Counted from the stretch's first letter, positions 45,919-55,817 are shown. The stretch is 64,000 nt of DNA from a virus (IMGVR_UViG_3300027971_000043:17731-81730), one strand, 5' to 3'. Notes: a model not told the origin generated them from the letters alone. Program-made: numbers and translations.

Positions 45919-47708
45919 AAAATACATACGCAATCGACTTTGAAACTTATTACGACAAAGAAATATCAATCACAACAATGGGGCAGTGGCATTACTTGCG
46001 AAACCCCGCATCGGACATTTATATGGTTTCAATTCACGGGCCCGATGTACAGTACGTCGGATCTCCGAAGAAAGCTCCGTGGGAAAAGATTGATGGTGGA
46101 AATTGGTTGGCACACAATTATTCATTCGACGGAGCTGTGCTGGAAAGATTGCGCGAGCTTGGAATAACTAAAGCAAATCCGTCTAGTTGGTTTTGTACAG
46201 CGAATCTGTCTGTCGCTGTCGGTGCTCCTAGAAATTTATTGGGCGCATCGCGGGAACTTCTTAATCGAAAGATTGACAAAGATCCGCGGGATAAAATGCA
46301 TAGCAAAAAGTGGAGTGACGTCGAGGGAACAGAATTTGCCAACGAAGTCATTGAGTATGCGAAGAACGATGCTCAAGCATGCTACGAAATCTACGATAAG
46401 TTCCATAATCAGATGCTTCCAACAGAACGAGAACTGTCTAAACACACCATAGAAATGGGCTGGAGAGGGGTCCAAATCGACCAAAATGCGGTCGAAATGG
46501 GGGTAAAAAAGCTCGAAAAGGTGACTTGGGAGAGCGAAAATGCCCTGCCTTGGATTGAGGAAACCAATGGGGTTGTCCTTTCAACAAAGGCTTTTAGGCG
46601 TGAATGCGCCAAGGCTGGCATCCCTTGGCCAACTTCTTTGGCTGAAAACTCGGAAGAATGTGCTCTATGGGAGGAACAATACGGGAGTCAGGTTCCGTTT
46701 GTGGGCATCATGCGGGACTGGCGCAAGGCTAATTCCTTGTTGGCAAAGTTAAAGGTAATGAGAAACCGGATACGACCAGACGGAACGATGGCTTACGGAC
46801 TTAAATATATGGGCGCACACACTGGTCGGTGGTCTGGTGACAGTAAGTGGAATTGCCAGAACCTTCCAAGGAATGAAATGTTCGGCGTGGACTTACGGGG
46901 TTGCATTGTACCCCGCCCAGGTAAGAAGTTTGTGATCTGCGATCTGGCGCAAATCGAGCCGAGAGTGTTGGCTTGGTTGTCTGGAAACGAAGGACTCCTG
47001 GACGCAATTAGAAATGGGTATGGCATCTACGAGGCAGCCGCAAAGAATATGGGGCTGTGGAATGGTGACAAGGGGACGTTGAAGAAAACTGATCCCGATC
47101 TTTACCAGCTGGTGAAGTGTATGGTTCTTGGTTTGGGCTATGGAGCCGGGTCAAAGAAATTTGCCTTGATTGCCAAGATGCAATACGGAATCGACATGAC
47201 CGAATCCAAAGCCGGAACTGTTGTGAATGATTTCCGTTCGCGCAATCAGCCGATCATGGATCTGTGGAGAAAGCTTGAGGGCGATTTCCAAAGAGCCAAG
47301 GCTGACAAGCAACTAGAAGTTGGATTGCCTGGAGGAAGAATCCTTACCTACCGCAACATCATGTCACAGTGGCCTGAGTCACAGAAGTTTGGAAAGAATG
47401 GAGTGGCTCGTAAGCCGGCATGGACTGCGTGTGTAGAGCGTGGAGGTCCACAGATTCCGTTCTACGGAGGAAAGCTTTGCGAGAATCTTGTGCAGGCTGT
47501 GGCGCGGGACGTTATGGGTGAGGCTATTCTACGTTTAGAAAAAGCTGGATGCTCAGTAGTAATGCACATCCATGACGAAGCTGTTTGCGAAGTTGACAAT
47601 TCAGTTCAGGCTGGTGAGATTGAACACCTCATGAGTGTCTGTCCTGAATGGCTTGAGGGTTGTCCGATAGGGGCAGAAGCGGCAGATGCAATGAGGTACA
47701 AAAAATGA
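45915..47708 (+). CDS. family A DNA polymerase with 3'-5' exonuclease
   Basis: DFETY, AHNYSFD, YAKND, TGRWSG..NCQNLP, DLAQIE, K..VLGLGYG, HIHDE. Confidence 0.95.
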   Translation: MKNTYAIDFETYYDKEISITTMGQWHYLRNPASDIYMVSIHGPDVQYVGSPKKAPWEKIDGGNWLAHNYSFDGAVLERLRELGITKANPSSWFCTANLSVAVGAPRNLLGASRELLNRKIDKDPRDKMHSKKWSDVEGTEFANEVIEYAKNDAQACYEIYDKFHNQMLPTERELSKHTIEMGWRGVQIDQNAVEMGVKKLEKVTWESENALPWIEETNGVVLSTKAFRRECAKAGIPWPTSLAENSEECALWEEQYGSQVPFVGIMRDWRKANSLLAKLKVMRNRIRPDGTMAYGLKYMGAHTGRWSGDSKWNCQNLPRNEMFGVDLRGCIVPRPGKKFVICDLAQIEPRVLAWLSGNEGLLDAIRNGYGIYEAAAKNMGLWNGDKGTLKKTDPDLYQLVKCMVLGLGYGAGSKKFALIAKMQYGIDMTESKAGTVVNDFRSRNQPIMDLWRKLEGDFQRAKADKQLEVGLPGGRILTYRNIMSQWPESQKFGKNGVARKPAWTACVERGGPQIPFYGGKLCENLVQAVARDVMGEAILRLEKAGCSVVMHIHDEAVCEVDNSVQAGEIEHLMSVCPEWLEGCPIGAEAADAMRYKK

Positions 47709-49840
47709 ACCTCTATCGCATACCTAATCTATCGTCGACTATCGCCGGCCCTTGCACTCCTTGGGATGGAAATGTTAATCAACCGCCGAGTCTTGATCCG
47801 GAAATTGCAAAACGTTGGGCGATTCAGAGTTCGACTGATGGAATGTTCGTCAGCGGATTTGAGGGTCGTGCTGCGGCTATGCGGGTTACGAAAGACAATC
47901 CTCCGGCCAAGATGCATGCGTTTATTGCAGACTACGATTGCGAACTTACTTCCGAGGAGTTTATCTCTGGGATTGGGGCTCGTGCAAAAGCTGGTCTCAA
48001 ACCCATGTACGCTCACCGTACTCCAAGCGGAGGCGCGAGAGTCATCTGGATGTTTGAGGCCCCCATGCAGATTCCGGTTGGTTTGTTGCCAGCGTTCTTA
48101 AAGCGAGTCGCGAAAGAACTTGGCGCGAAGCGCATCTTTGCTGGTCTCGATGATAACCATGTAAAGCCAGAGCAGTACTACGCATGGTACTTACCAATCA
48201 CAAAAGTTGGGGATATCCCTTTAAGGACAGAGACTTTATATAGTTGGTTTGCCTCGACGATTGATGCTGATCACAAGTACCGCGGGGAAGGCCCCGTAGA
48301 GATACCAATGGATCGCGTACGTAATCGCGTACATGAAATGTATCCAGACAAACTGATGGGAAGTCTTGAGGTTAACGGAAGAACGAATGCGTTTTGGACT
48401 GCGACTTCGGATAACCCGACAGCTTGCGTAGTTACTCCTACTGGTATCGTCAGCTTCTCGCAGGACAAGAGTTTCTACAGCTGGGCTGAAATCCTTGGCG
48501 CGGGCTGGGTGAAGGAGTTTGAGGAGGATCGTCTTGGTGCTCCATTGGCAAACTATTACTTCGACGGCAAGCGTTACTGGAGGCAGGACGGCAGAGGAAT
48601 CTGGCGTGATACAGACTCCGAGACTACTAGAAAAGATATTGCTGGAATATATGGATTGTCTTTAGCCCCAATGCAGCGAGGTGGGATGTGCGAAGTTGAC
48701 CAGACTGTCTTGCGTGTGCGTGAGACGCGTCGGGTAGACGATGCAGGGCCGATCCTGTTTAGTAAGGAAGAAGTTGTTTACATGGGTGGACGAACCGTCC
48801 TGAACATCTCGCGGGTTAAAGTTTTAGAACCACGCAACGAACCGTGTGAGAAGTGGGGAGACGGATTCCCATGGATAGCCAAGTTCCTTGACGGGTTCTT
48901 TGATCCGCATGATTCGCTTCAGTATTTCCTGGCATGGCTTCATCATTTCTATGTAAACGCCAAGTCGGGTAAGCAGTCTCAGGGTCAGGCGATTTTTATT
49001 GCCGGGCCAGTCGGTGTTGGTAAGACGCTCATGGGGACACAGATTGTTTCCAGACTGATGGGTGGAGGTTGCGACGCATCGGGACATATCTCAGGGGAGA
49101 GTGAGTTCAACTCTGAAATGTTCGAGGTCGGCGTACTTAACGTTGATGATACTATCGCCTCAACCAGCCACGAGAAGCATCTACTCTTTTCCAATACGGT
49201 GAAGAAGTTTGTGGCCAATCGTCGCCATCGTTACCGCGCCATGTGGAAGAATCCTGCCACCATCGAATGGAGTGGCCGGGTATTCGTCACATTGAACGAT
49301 GATCCAGACTCGATGCGAGCCGTCCCATACACAGACGCAAGCATATTAGACAAACTAATGCTGTTTAAAGCTTCGTCTAAAGGTATGGAGTTTCCTCACT
49401 CACAGGAACTACAACGTATCCTAGACGGAGAACTGCCGGCGTTTGCCAGATGGTTGACTGACTTTGAAATTCCAGAGGAACTTAAATGCTCCAATCGGTT
49501 TCAGGTTAAGTGCTACCACCATGCGGATATCTTGGAAGACACTAGGACAACACATCCTAACCACGCCTTCTCGGAGTTGCTGGATGAATTCCTTATTGGA
49601 TTCAATCAAGCCAACCCAAAGGAAAGAACGTGGAAGGGTTCAGCGACCCAGCTACTTAACCAGATGCTCAATGATAACAATCTTACCAACCTTACTCGTC
49701 ACTATGCCTCCACTCCGGAGAAGATGGGGCAGCGGCTGGCAAAGCTGATGACCACAAAGGGCATCGAGCGGGTAACAGTACAGGGCAAGGTGCTGTGGAA
49801 AATTCCGGTTGACTCAAATGAGGAGGTTGAAGTAAAATGA
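47705..49840 (+). CDS. primase-helicase (prim-pol-like N-terminus, DUF5906-like NTPase)
   Basis: ADYD and RTPSGGAR in N-terminus; GPVGVGKT and NVDD; ATG 47705 overlaps the polymerase stop. Confidence 0.8.
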   Translation: MNLYRIPNLSSTIAGPCTPWDGNVNQPPSLDPEIAKRWAIQSSTDGMFVSGFEGRAAAMRVTKDNPPAKMHAFIADYDCELTSEEFISGIGARAKAGLKPMYAHRTPSGGARVIWMFEAPMQIPVGLLPAFLKRVAKELGAKRIFAGLDDNHVKPEQYYAWYLPITKVGDIPLRTETLYSWFASTIDADHKYRGEGPVEIPMDRVRNRVHEMYPDKLMGSLEVNGRTNAFWTATSDNPTACVVTPTGIVSFSQDKSFYSWAEILGAGWVKEFEEDRLGAPLANYYFDGKRYWRQDGRGIWRDTDSETTRKDIAGIYGLSLAPMQRGGMCEVDQTVLRVRETRRVDDAGPILFSKEEVVYMGGRTVLNISRVKVLEPRNEPCEKWGDGFPWIAKFLDGFFDPHDSLQYFLAWLHHFYVNAKSGKQSQGQAIFIAGPVGVGKTLMGTQIVSRLMGGGCDASGHISGESEFNSEMFEVGVLNVDDTIASTSHEKHLLFSNTVKKFVANRRHRYRAMWKNPATIEWSGRVFVTLNDDPDSMRAVPYTDASILDKLMLFKASSKGMEFPHSQELQRILDGELPAFARWLTDFEIPEELKCSNRFQVKCYHHADILEDTRTTHPNHAFSELLDEFLIGFNQANPKERTWKGSATQLLNQMLNDNNLTNLTRHYASTPEKMGQRLAKLMTTKGIERVTVQGKVLWKIPVDSNEEVEVK

Positions 49841-49855
49841 CGCCACGCAGAAAGT

Positions 49856-50269
49856 ATGAACATTCGTATCACAGCCATGGCTCTATCCATGCTTCTATCG
49901 TTCCCTATTGTCGCGGCCAACGTGATAATCGAACCGGAACCAAAATCCAAACCTTCGAAGAAACTCAAGGTTCGGCTTACAGCTTATTGGTGTGGTCAGG
50001 ACCCTGATACAAGCAGATTTAGATCCTCGACGGGTTATACCCTGAAGTCAGGTCGTACGTGTGCGGTTGATCCAAAGATCATTCCGTATGGGAGTACTGT
50101 AGTTATCAATGGCAAGGAGTTTAAAGCCATCGACACGGGTACGGATGTGATCAGAAAAAAAGCTTCCCACGGAAAACTTCCGGTAGTAGACTTGTTTTAC
50201 AAAACGGAAAAGCAAGCCATGGTAGCACTGGATAATCTGCCTATGCATCCATGGGTTGAAATACGATAA
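49856..50269 (+). CDS. secreted 3D-domain (MltA-like) protein
   Basis: Signal peptide; LTAY, AVDPKIIPYGS, AIDTG, VDLF. Confidence 0.85.
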   Translation: MNIRITAMALSMLLSFPIVAANVIIEPEPKSKPSKKLKVRLTAYWCGQDPDTSRFRSSTGYTLKSGRTCAVDPKIIPYGSTVVINGKEFKAIDTGTDVIRKKASHGKLPVVDLFYKTEKQAMVALDNLPMHPWVEIR

Positions 50270-50278
50270 GGAGCACAC

Positions 50279-50494
50279 ATGAAAAAGACACACAAAGAAG
50301 AAACGCTGGGTACAATCAAAGTCCTGGCCGAACGTCCAGTCCAATATGTTGAAATGGATTTAGACGTTGATGAAAACATATTCAACAAAATCGCCAAGGC
50401 TGGGCTGATTGAAATCAAGCACGATAAAAGAGCGCTGTTCAATTATGCCATCACCAAGGCACTGGAGGAACTAAGTGGAAGAAAGTCTAATTAA
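50279..50494 (+). CDS. hypothetical protein (71 aa)
   Basis: AAGGAG RBS. Confidence 0.7.
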   Translation: MKKTHKEETLGTIKVLAERPVQYVEMDLDVDENIFNKIAKAGLIEIKHDKRALFNYAITKALEELSGRKSN

Positions 50495-51484
50495 ATGCGT
50501 GGCCTTAGCTTTCTCAGCTCTACTGGGTTTTGCAATCTGCATATTTCTAACTGCCGTCTACATGCATGTACGTTCCTGGCTGCGGCGCTGGTTTTAATCC
50601 CGCTGTCAGCTAAGGGAGCGGACTTCAGCCATCCATGTGAACTGAACATGAGGTCGGTGGTTCGTGTGTTCCAGAATGAAAAGGACACGAACAAGATCAC
50701 CTTCGGTTCTGGGGTTGTTGTTGGTAAGGATGGATTCATCCTGACCTGCGCTCACGTTGTAGATGGAACTGGAAAAGTCGACGTTATGTTTGGTGACGGG
50801 ATCACCAACAGTGTATACCAAGCCACGGTGATAAAGTCGGATGCCAGATTGGATTTGGCCCTACTCAGACTCAACAGCGCACCGGGACCTCTCCGACCAA
50901 TATCCTTGTCGAAGATGCCCACACCCCCGCGGGGAACTCCAGTGGCTGCAATCGGCGCACCCTTAAAGATCTTCCGAACCGTAACGGCAGGGATAGTGAG
51001 CTACTGTGGCCCCGACGAGGGTCAGGATATCCTGGTATTCGACGCCAAAGTGATGCCGGGAAGCTCAGGAGGGCCCGTAATCGACGAGCAAGGCGATCTT
51101 ATAGGCATTGTGACGGGAGGCTTGGGAAGGGACGAATACAGGCTTCCTAGGGCCGTTTACTTGACCGAGATCGAGAAGTTCCTAGCCGAAGGCTTGAATA
51201 GTGCTCCCCAACGGGGGTTTCTTGGGATCAACACAACCCCTGTAAGTTCTGGTATCCCAGGGCCTGGGATGTCGCAGGGTCTTAAGGTTACCAACATGTC
51301 TGCCATAGACGAGCTTCTTCCGGGTGACGTGATCATGACCTTCAACGATTACCAAGCCACTAGTCATAATGACCTAGTCAGGATGGTTCGTAGATGCATG
51401 CCTGGAGACCGAGTTGAGGTTGGGATTTTACGTAATGGTGAGTTCAAACTTATACACATGATTATCAAAGAGTTGCGAAAATGA
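50495..51484 (+). CDS. HtrA/DegQ-like trypsin serine protease with one PDZ domain
   Basis: GSGVVV, LTCAHVV, DLALL, PGSSGGP; GFLGI..GDVI..GDRVEV..LRNG. Confidence 0.9.
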   Translation: MRGLSFLSSTGFCNLHISNCRLHACTFLAAALVLIPLSAKGADFSHPCELNMRSVVRVFQNEKDTNKITFGSGVVVGKDGFILTCAHVVDGTGKVDVMFGDGITNSVYQATVIKSDARLDLALLRLNSAPGPLRPISLSKMPTPPRGTPVAAIGAPLKIFRTVTAGIVSYCGPDEGQDILVFDAKVMPGSSGGPVIDEQGDLIGIVTGGLGRDEYRLPRAVYLTEIEKFLAEGLNSAPQRGFLGINTTPVSSGIPGPGMSQGLKVTNMSAIDELLPGDVIMTFNDYQATSHNDLVRMVRRCMPGDRVEVGILRNGEFKLIHMIIKELRK

Positions 51485-51735
51485 CAACTCTTCTGGGTAT
51501 CTTGTTCTCTACCATAGGGTTATGCGTTTGCGTTATTGGGTTCTCGCATTGGTTTGTGCAAACCTTTAACATTGATGCATTTGTCAATAAATTCTGGGAT
51601 CATGAAGAGGCAAAAGGTATACGTTTTGTCCCCAAAGGGACACATAAAATGATCAAGGTAAGGACTGACTTTATAGTCAAGTTACATACCCCCACCCTGA
51701 AGAATTGGTCTAAAGGATTAAGATTCAAAGGTTAA
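51481..51735 (+). CDS. membrane-anchored hypothetical protein (84 aa)
   Basis: N-terminal TM; ATGA coupled. Confidence 0.65.
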   Translation: MTTLLGILFSTIGLCVCVIGFSHWFVQTFNIDAFVNKFWDHEEAKGIRFVPKGTHKMIKVRTDFIVKLHTPTLKNWSKGLRFKG

Positions 51736-51740
51736 TGATT

Positions 51741-51993
51741 CGAAGGGTGTAGGGTGGGGGGTGGAGGGGTGGTTTTGAACTCGTTGTTCCTACAGCTTTG
51801 CGTGTGTGCCGCGTGTGTCAAAACTTCCGGAACGAGTTGGAGTACCCCCACCCACCCCCACCACTCCCACCCTCTCTTTCTTTATATTTATATATTTAAA
51901 TAATAAACATATACTTACACAAGGACCTGAGGTTAAAAATTTGGGTGGGGGTACCACTTTTTGACCCCCCACCCTAGGCGACACCCCCACCCT
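51741..51993. repeat. CCCCCACCC iteron-like repeats and nested inverted repeats around an AT-rich core, candidate origin
   Basis: 13-bp inverted repeats 51749-51761/51964-51976 and 51842-51854/51942-51954. Confidence 0.6.
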
Positions 51994-52711
51994 GGATATA
52001 GCCCTTTGAGGCTAAAACCTTAACCAACGAAGCCATCTCGTCATACTTATCGGCCATTGACTTGTTGAACCCACAGAAATGGAACAATTGTTTAGTTAGG
52101 TCGAATGGATTGTAACCGGCGAACAGTTGCACCCCTTGGGCTATGTCATGGCATTTGCCCATTTCAAAGTTCGTAGCTAGGCAGATCCCGTAGTTGTAGG
52201 ATGACTGCTCCAGGATAGCGTCATCTGGCAGTATCGTCAGGATGTGCGGCTCGAACAAGGATCTGACACTAGCCGTAAACCCTAGGTCTTTGAATCCGAA
52301 TGTGCCGGCGTTTAACCCTTTTAGCATAGAAAACTTAAGCTTATCTAAATTTGATGCTTGCCTATATTGAAACCATTCCTGGCTCATAAGGTTTTCCTTT
52401 TCGACTACAACCGTAAAGTCCTTGTCCGGGTTGATTAATTCCATCGGGTTGCCGAAGTAAAGAATGTCTGGATCTAGGAACAAATAGTAGTCGTACCATT
52501 TTGGGATAAGTTCCGAGTACTTAAGAAATCCGCCGTAGAGATAGTCCTTTGGGTCAACAATAACTTTGTGTTTGAATCCTTCCGGCCCAGGCTTGTTCGA
52601 CATAACGCAGAAGTCGACATTGTCCGGTAGAGTCATATGCTCGACCAGCAGATCAATACAGTTGTGAGAGTCTTCGTTGAAGTCTGTTGCCGTGTAGACT
52701 AGGACTTTCAC
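51974..52711 (-). CDS. GT-A fold glycosyltransferase (GT8-like)
   Basis: LFLDPDIL, LNAGTF, LEQSSYN, LFHFCG. Confidence 0.8.
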   Translation of the reverse strand: MKVLVYTATDFNEDSHNCIDLLVEHMTLPDNVDFCVMSNKPGPEGFKHKVIVDPKDYLYGGFLKYSELIPKWYDYYLFLDPDILYFGNPMELINPDKDFTVVVEKENLMSQEWFQYRQASNLDKLKFSMLKGLNAGTFGFKDLGFTASVRSLFEPHILTILPDDAILEQSSYNYGICLATNFEMGKCHDIAQGVQLFAGYNPFDLTKQLFHFCGFNKSMADKYDEMASLVKVLASKGYIQGGGVA

Positions 52712-52718
52712 GCGGGCA

Positions 52719-52746
52719 ATTGTATTTCTCCCTTTACAAAAGTCAA
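52719..52746 (-). promoter_or_regulatory. promoter TTGACT-N16-TACAAT, overlapped by divergent TTTACA-N17-GACACT (+)
   Basis: 7 nt before GTG 52711; the plus-strand motif is 9 nt before ATG 52771. Confidence 0.6.
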
Positions 52747-52770
52747 AAGGATTGAGACACTATTCGGACG

Positions 52771-52953
52771 ATGAAATCAGCGGGAATCAATTTCAGATTG
52801 TTTGGCTTTATTTTTAACCTTCAGTTCAATGTGTACCGATCTGCGCACCATGCCCCCGTATTCCATTACGGCTCGACCTCTAACTTCGGTAAGTGGAAAG
52901 TTCCTCCTACTGGAATCAGCAACGAGTACAAGCCAAAGAAGAAACGCCGATAA
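52771..52953 (+). CDS. hypothetical protein (60 aa)
   Basis: Upstream promoter motif; TAATG coupling to the next gene. Confidence 0.5.
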   Translation: MKSAGINFRLFGFIFNLQFNVYRSAHHAPVFHYGSTSNFGKWKVPPTGISNEYKPKKKRR

Positions 52954-53585
52954 TGGCTGTCTTAAACGAAGATATCCCTGGCTTCAAGGCGATGGTCAGG
53001 AAGTCGTTCTTCACCAAAGACGAGACAGATAGAAACGAGTTTTACAATGTATATGTGTTCGCCCTACAATCATACCCCGGGACCATTCTCACCTTTCACG
53101 TCATGACCGACTCAGGGATGCTTCGAAGCCGAGTCCCCATATCCGAAATCTATACCCGCGAGACCGCCAACGACATTCCCTTTAACTACAAACAGCTTTG
53201 GGACTGCTTCTCGGAGAACGTGACTGTCAGCGAGTACAGCTTCCTTGGGTATCACAGAGCCCAGATTGTTTTGAGAGATGGCTCTAAGGTGTGGGGCACC
53301 TACATGTTTACAGTTGATTGGTTCGACAACCCCTACAGCGATGAGCCCAGCGATTACAAATGCGGCCACGTATTTGCCGCGGATGATGGCTACTTGCTTT
53401 GCATGCCGAACAATCGAATCTTCTGGAGAGACTCCAACTGGGTAACCAAAAAGCTTCCAGAGAATCTCAAGCAATTTAAGGTAGACACCGAGCTACCTTC
53501 TGTGGAGAATCGGTCCGACAGATGGGTGACGGAAGACACAGACTCGTTTTACTACGACATCCATAAAAGAGAAGAAGCAACCTAA
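52953..53585 (+). CDS. conserved phage hypothetical protein (210 aa)
   Basis: RVPIS..QLWDCFS..YMFTVDW..KCGH..PNNRI family of aquatic phages; ATG 52953. Confidence 0.8.
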   Translation: MAVLNEDIPGFKAMVRKSFFTKDETDRNEFYNVYVFALQSYPGTILTFHVMTDSGMLRSRVPISEIYTRETANDIPFNYKQLWDCFSENVTVSEYSFLGYHRAQIVLRDGSKVWGTYMFTVDWFDNPYSDEPSDYKCGHVFAADDGYLLCMPNNRIFWRDSNWVTKKLPENLKQFKVDTELPSVENRSDRWVTEDTDSFYYDIHKREEAT

Positions 53586-53596
53586 AGGAGACACAT

Positions 53597-54337
53597 ATGA
53601 GACAACCCAAGATCGTAACCATCGGCACCCCTGCTTACGGCGGGCAAGTCCAAAGTAGTTTTGCAACCTCACTAGCCGCCTCCGTCAGTTTGTTCCAAAG
53701 CTACAACATTGAGTTGCATTGCATTCTTTTGACCGGACACTCCGTGATCCAGATGGCCCGCAACCGGGTACTGCGAGAGTTCTTAAAGACTGAAAGCGAG
53801 ATGCTCGTATGGATCGATTCCGATATCTCATGGAATCCCACGGATCTTTTGAAGCTTTGCCTGCATGAAGAAGAAGTTGTTGGAGCAACATACCGAAAGA
53901 AAGTTGCCCATACCACCGAGTTTACCGTGCAGTTGAAACGCGGAAATCTTGACCCCGATGACCGCGGCCTGCTCGAAGTTGACCGGATCGGAACGGGATT
54001 CCTCCGCGTGACCCGCAAAGCCCTGGAAGATTTGATTAAGGACACCAACCACCTCGACCTCCACAATAAGAAAAGTGAGACTCATACGGTTGGCGGTTCG
54101 GGTAAGTACCAGGACTCTCAGACTGATTACATCCACAATGTGTTTGAGGTCGGCATCTACAAAGGCGAGTTCCTTTCTGAAGACTTTATCTTTTGTGAGA
54201 AGCTAAAAGAGAAAGGTTACAAGATCATGATGGATACTAAAATTGATCTTGGGCATGAAGGACCCTACACGTACCGCGGAAGCATTTCCCACTTCTTGAA
54301 CTACATCAAAGAAGAGGAGGCCAAAGAAAAGAAATGA
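53597..54337 (+). CDS. GT-A fold glycosyltransferase (GT2-like)
   Basis: IGTPAYGG, ARN, WIDSD, GTGF, LSEDFIFC, LGHEG. Confidence 0.8.
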   Translation: MRQPKIVTIGTPAYGGQVQSSFATSLAASVSLFQSYNIELHCILLTGHSVIQMARNRVLREFLKTESEMLVWIDSDISWNPTDLLKLCLHEEEVVGATYRKKVAHTTEFTVQLKRGNLDPDDRGLLEVDRIGTGFLRVTRKALEDLIKDTNHLDLHNKKSETHTVGGSGKYQDSQTDYIHNVFEVGIYKGEFLSEDFIFCEKLKEKGYKIMMDTKIDLGHEGPYTYRGSISHFLNYIKEEEAKEKK

Positions 54338-54395
54338 TCTACGGATTCTTGCTGGGTATTCTTGTCTATTGGATCTTTGACAAATCCCGTAAAAG

Positions 54396-54830
54396 GTGCG
54401 GATGGTGCAATCGACCTCTATAAAGAACAAATGGATTGATCTAGCCATGCGGCTTGCTGATGCCGCGGCCAAGACGAGCCAGGATCAGTTTGTCAAAGTA
54501 GGTGCCGCCGTCCTTCGAAGCGACGGATCGGTATGCGGTGTTGGTTATAACGGATACCCTCCGGGCTTTGATTTGACCAAGCAGGAATCCCTGGACCGCG
54601 ACTACCGGCGGGACTTTATGGTTCATGCCGAGATCAACGCCCTGGCTTACTGCAAACCCGGTGAGCCCCACCTTCTGGCCGTGACTTACCCGCCATGCAA
54701 AGCCTGCCTATTGGAAGCCGCGAGATACGGCGTAAAGAATTTGATTTATCGCGAGAACAAAGACCGCGACATTTTCCCGTCTGACTATTTGGCCGCCCGC
54801 TTAGGCGTCACGCTGATTATCGAAAAGTAA
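54396..54830 (+). CDS. dCMP deaminase
   Basis: KVGA, GYNG, HAEINAL, PCKAC. Confidence 0.9.
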   Translation: MRMVQSTSIKNKWIDLAMRLADAAAKTSQDQFVKVGAAVLRSDGSVCGVGYNGYPPGFDLTKQESLDRDYRRDFMVHAEINALAYCKPGEPHLLAVTYPPCKACLLEAARYGVKNLIYRENKDRDIFPSDYLAARLGVTLIIEK

Positions 54831-55133
54831 TTAGGCCGACCACCAACTGGTATTGGCTGGGAACGCGGAAGAATTCCCCATCATGGAAGTTCCGCTTTCT
54901 GGACTTGAAGTTTGAGGCGCTGCCGGAGCTTCTACCTGTTGAGCCACATCCGACATTTGTTGTTTCTGATTGGCCAGCTTGTCGTACTCAGTCCGGATCA
55001 CCTCATCGATAGTGGGGATTCCAGTTAGAAGATCTTCGAGTCTTGGTAGATTGCTCGCCCCACCTGTATTTTTTGGAATAAGGTTTTGCTGCGCGTAACC
55101 ATCCCCTTGAGGCATTGCGGAAAATGTTTCCAT
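54831..55133 (-). CDS. hypothetical protein (100 aa)
   Basis: Promoter 6 nt upstream; stop abuts the convergent deaminase stop. Confidence 0.65.
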   Translation of the reverse strand: METFSAMPQGDGYAQQNLIPKNTGGASNLPRLEDLLTGIPTIDEVIRTEYDKLANQKQQMSDVAQQVEAPAAPQTSSPESGTSMMGNSSAFPANTSWWSA

Positions 55134-55139
55134 TGGTCC

Positions 55140-55167
55140 AGTGTATTTTGCCCGCGCTTTAAGTCAA
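55140..55167 (-). promoter_or_regulatory. promoter TTGACT-N16-TACACT
   Basis: 6 nt before ATG 55133. Confidence 0.6.
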
Positions 55168-55222
55168 CCTACAAAAATAAATTAAATTTTTAAAGTACAT
55201 ATACTTATATTGTGGCTGGCGG

Positions 55223-55251
55223 GAAGGGGGGTGGGGGAGGGGGTGCGTATA
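55223..55251 (+). promoter_or_regulatory. candidate early promoter GAAGGGGG-N15-CGTATA
   Basis: Second copy at 56513-56540; both head rightward early units. Confidence 0.4.
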
Positions 55252-55324
55252 GGGTTTGTCCCGCAAACTCACAAGCCCGATAGGGCAGGGGGGAGGGGGA
55301 AACAAAACAAAGGAATCAAATCAA

Positions 55325-55810
55325 ATGAATAACCCAATGGAACTAGCAAAAAAGCACTTCACCAATAATGAAACCCTCGCACTTGGTAGGGCGGTCGAAA
55401 CCGATCATCCCCTTGTGACGATCAAACCCAACCGCACTGCCAAATCTGGCAAGGCACTGAAGGCAGTGTTCGGGCGGTGGGATGGCGAGGCACTTGTGAC
55501 GGATGGCGGAAGGCTGGCATCCCGCAAGGATTTTGGAACCATCCAAGACATCAAGGGTGCTCAACTCACAACCGAATATGCCAAGGCTCAAGCGTCCTTC
55601 AACACACTAGGCGAAGCCACGCTCGCCAAGGAACAGAGCGAAGTCGCATCGGGACGGCGGGAGATGAAACGCATCTTCACCAACCCGAAGAACGGCAGAA
55701 CGATCCTCGAAACCGCACCCGCTGACAAGGCGGTGAAGGTAGTCGAAGCCCTCAAGGGATTGCCCCAAGAGGTTCAGGACAAGGTACTCGCCGCCTTGAA
55801 GATGGCCTAA
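55325..55810 (+). CDS. hypothetical early protein (161 aa)
   Basis: AAGGA and A-rich leader; followed by an intrinsic terminator. Confidence 0.8.
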   Translation: MNNPMELAKKHFTNNETLALGRAVETDHPLVTIKPNRTAKSGKALKAVFGRWDGEALVTDGGRLASRKDFGTIQDIKGAQLTTEYAKAQASFNTLGEATLAKEQSEVASGRREMKRIFTNPKNGRTILETAPADKAVKVVEALKGLPQEVQDKVLAALKMA

Positions 55811-55817
55811 CCCAATC

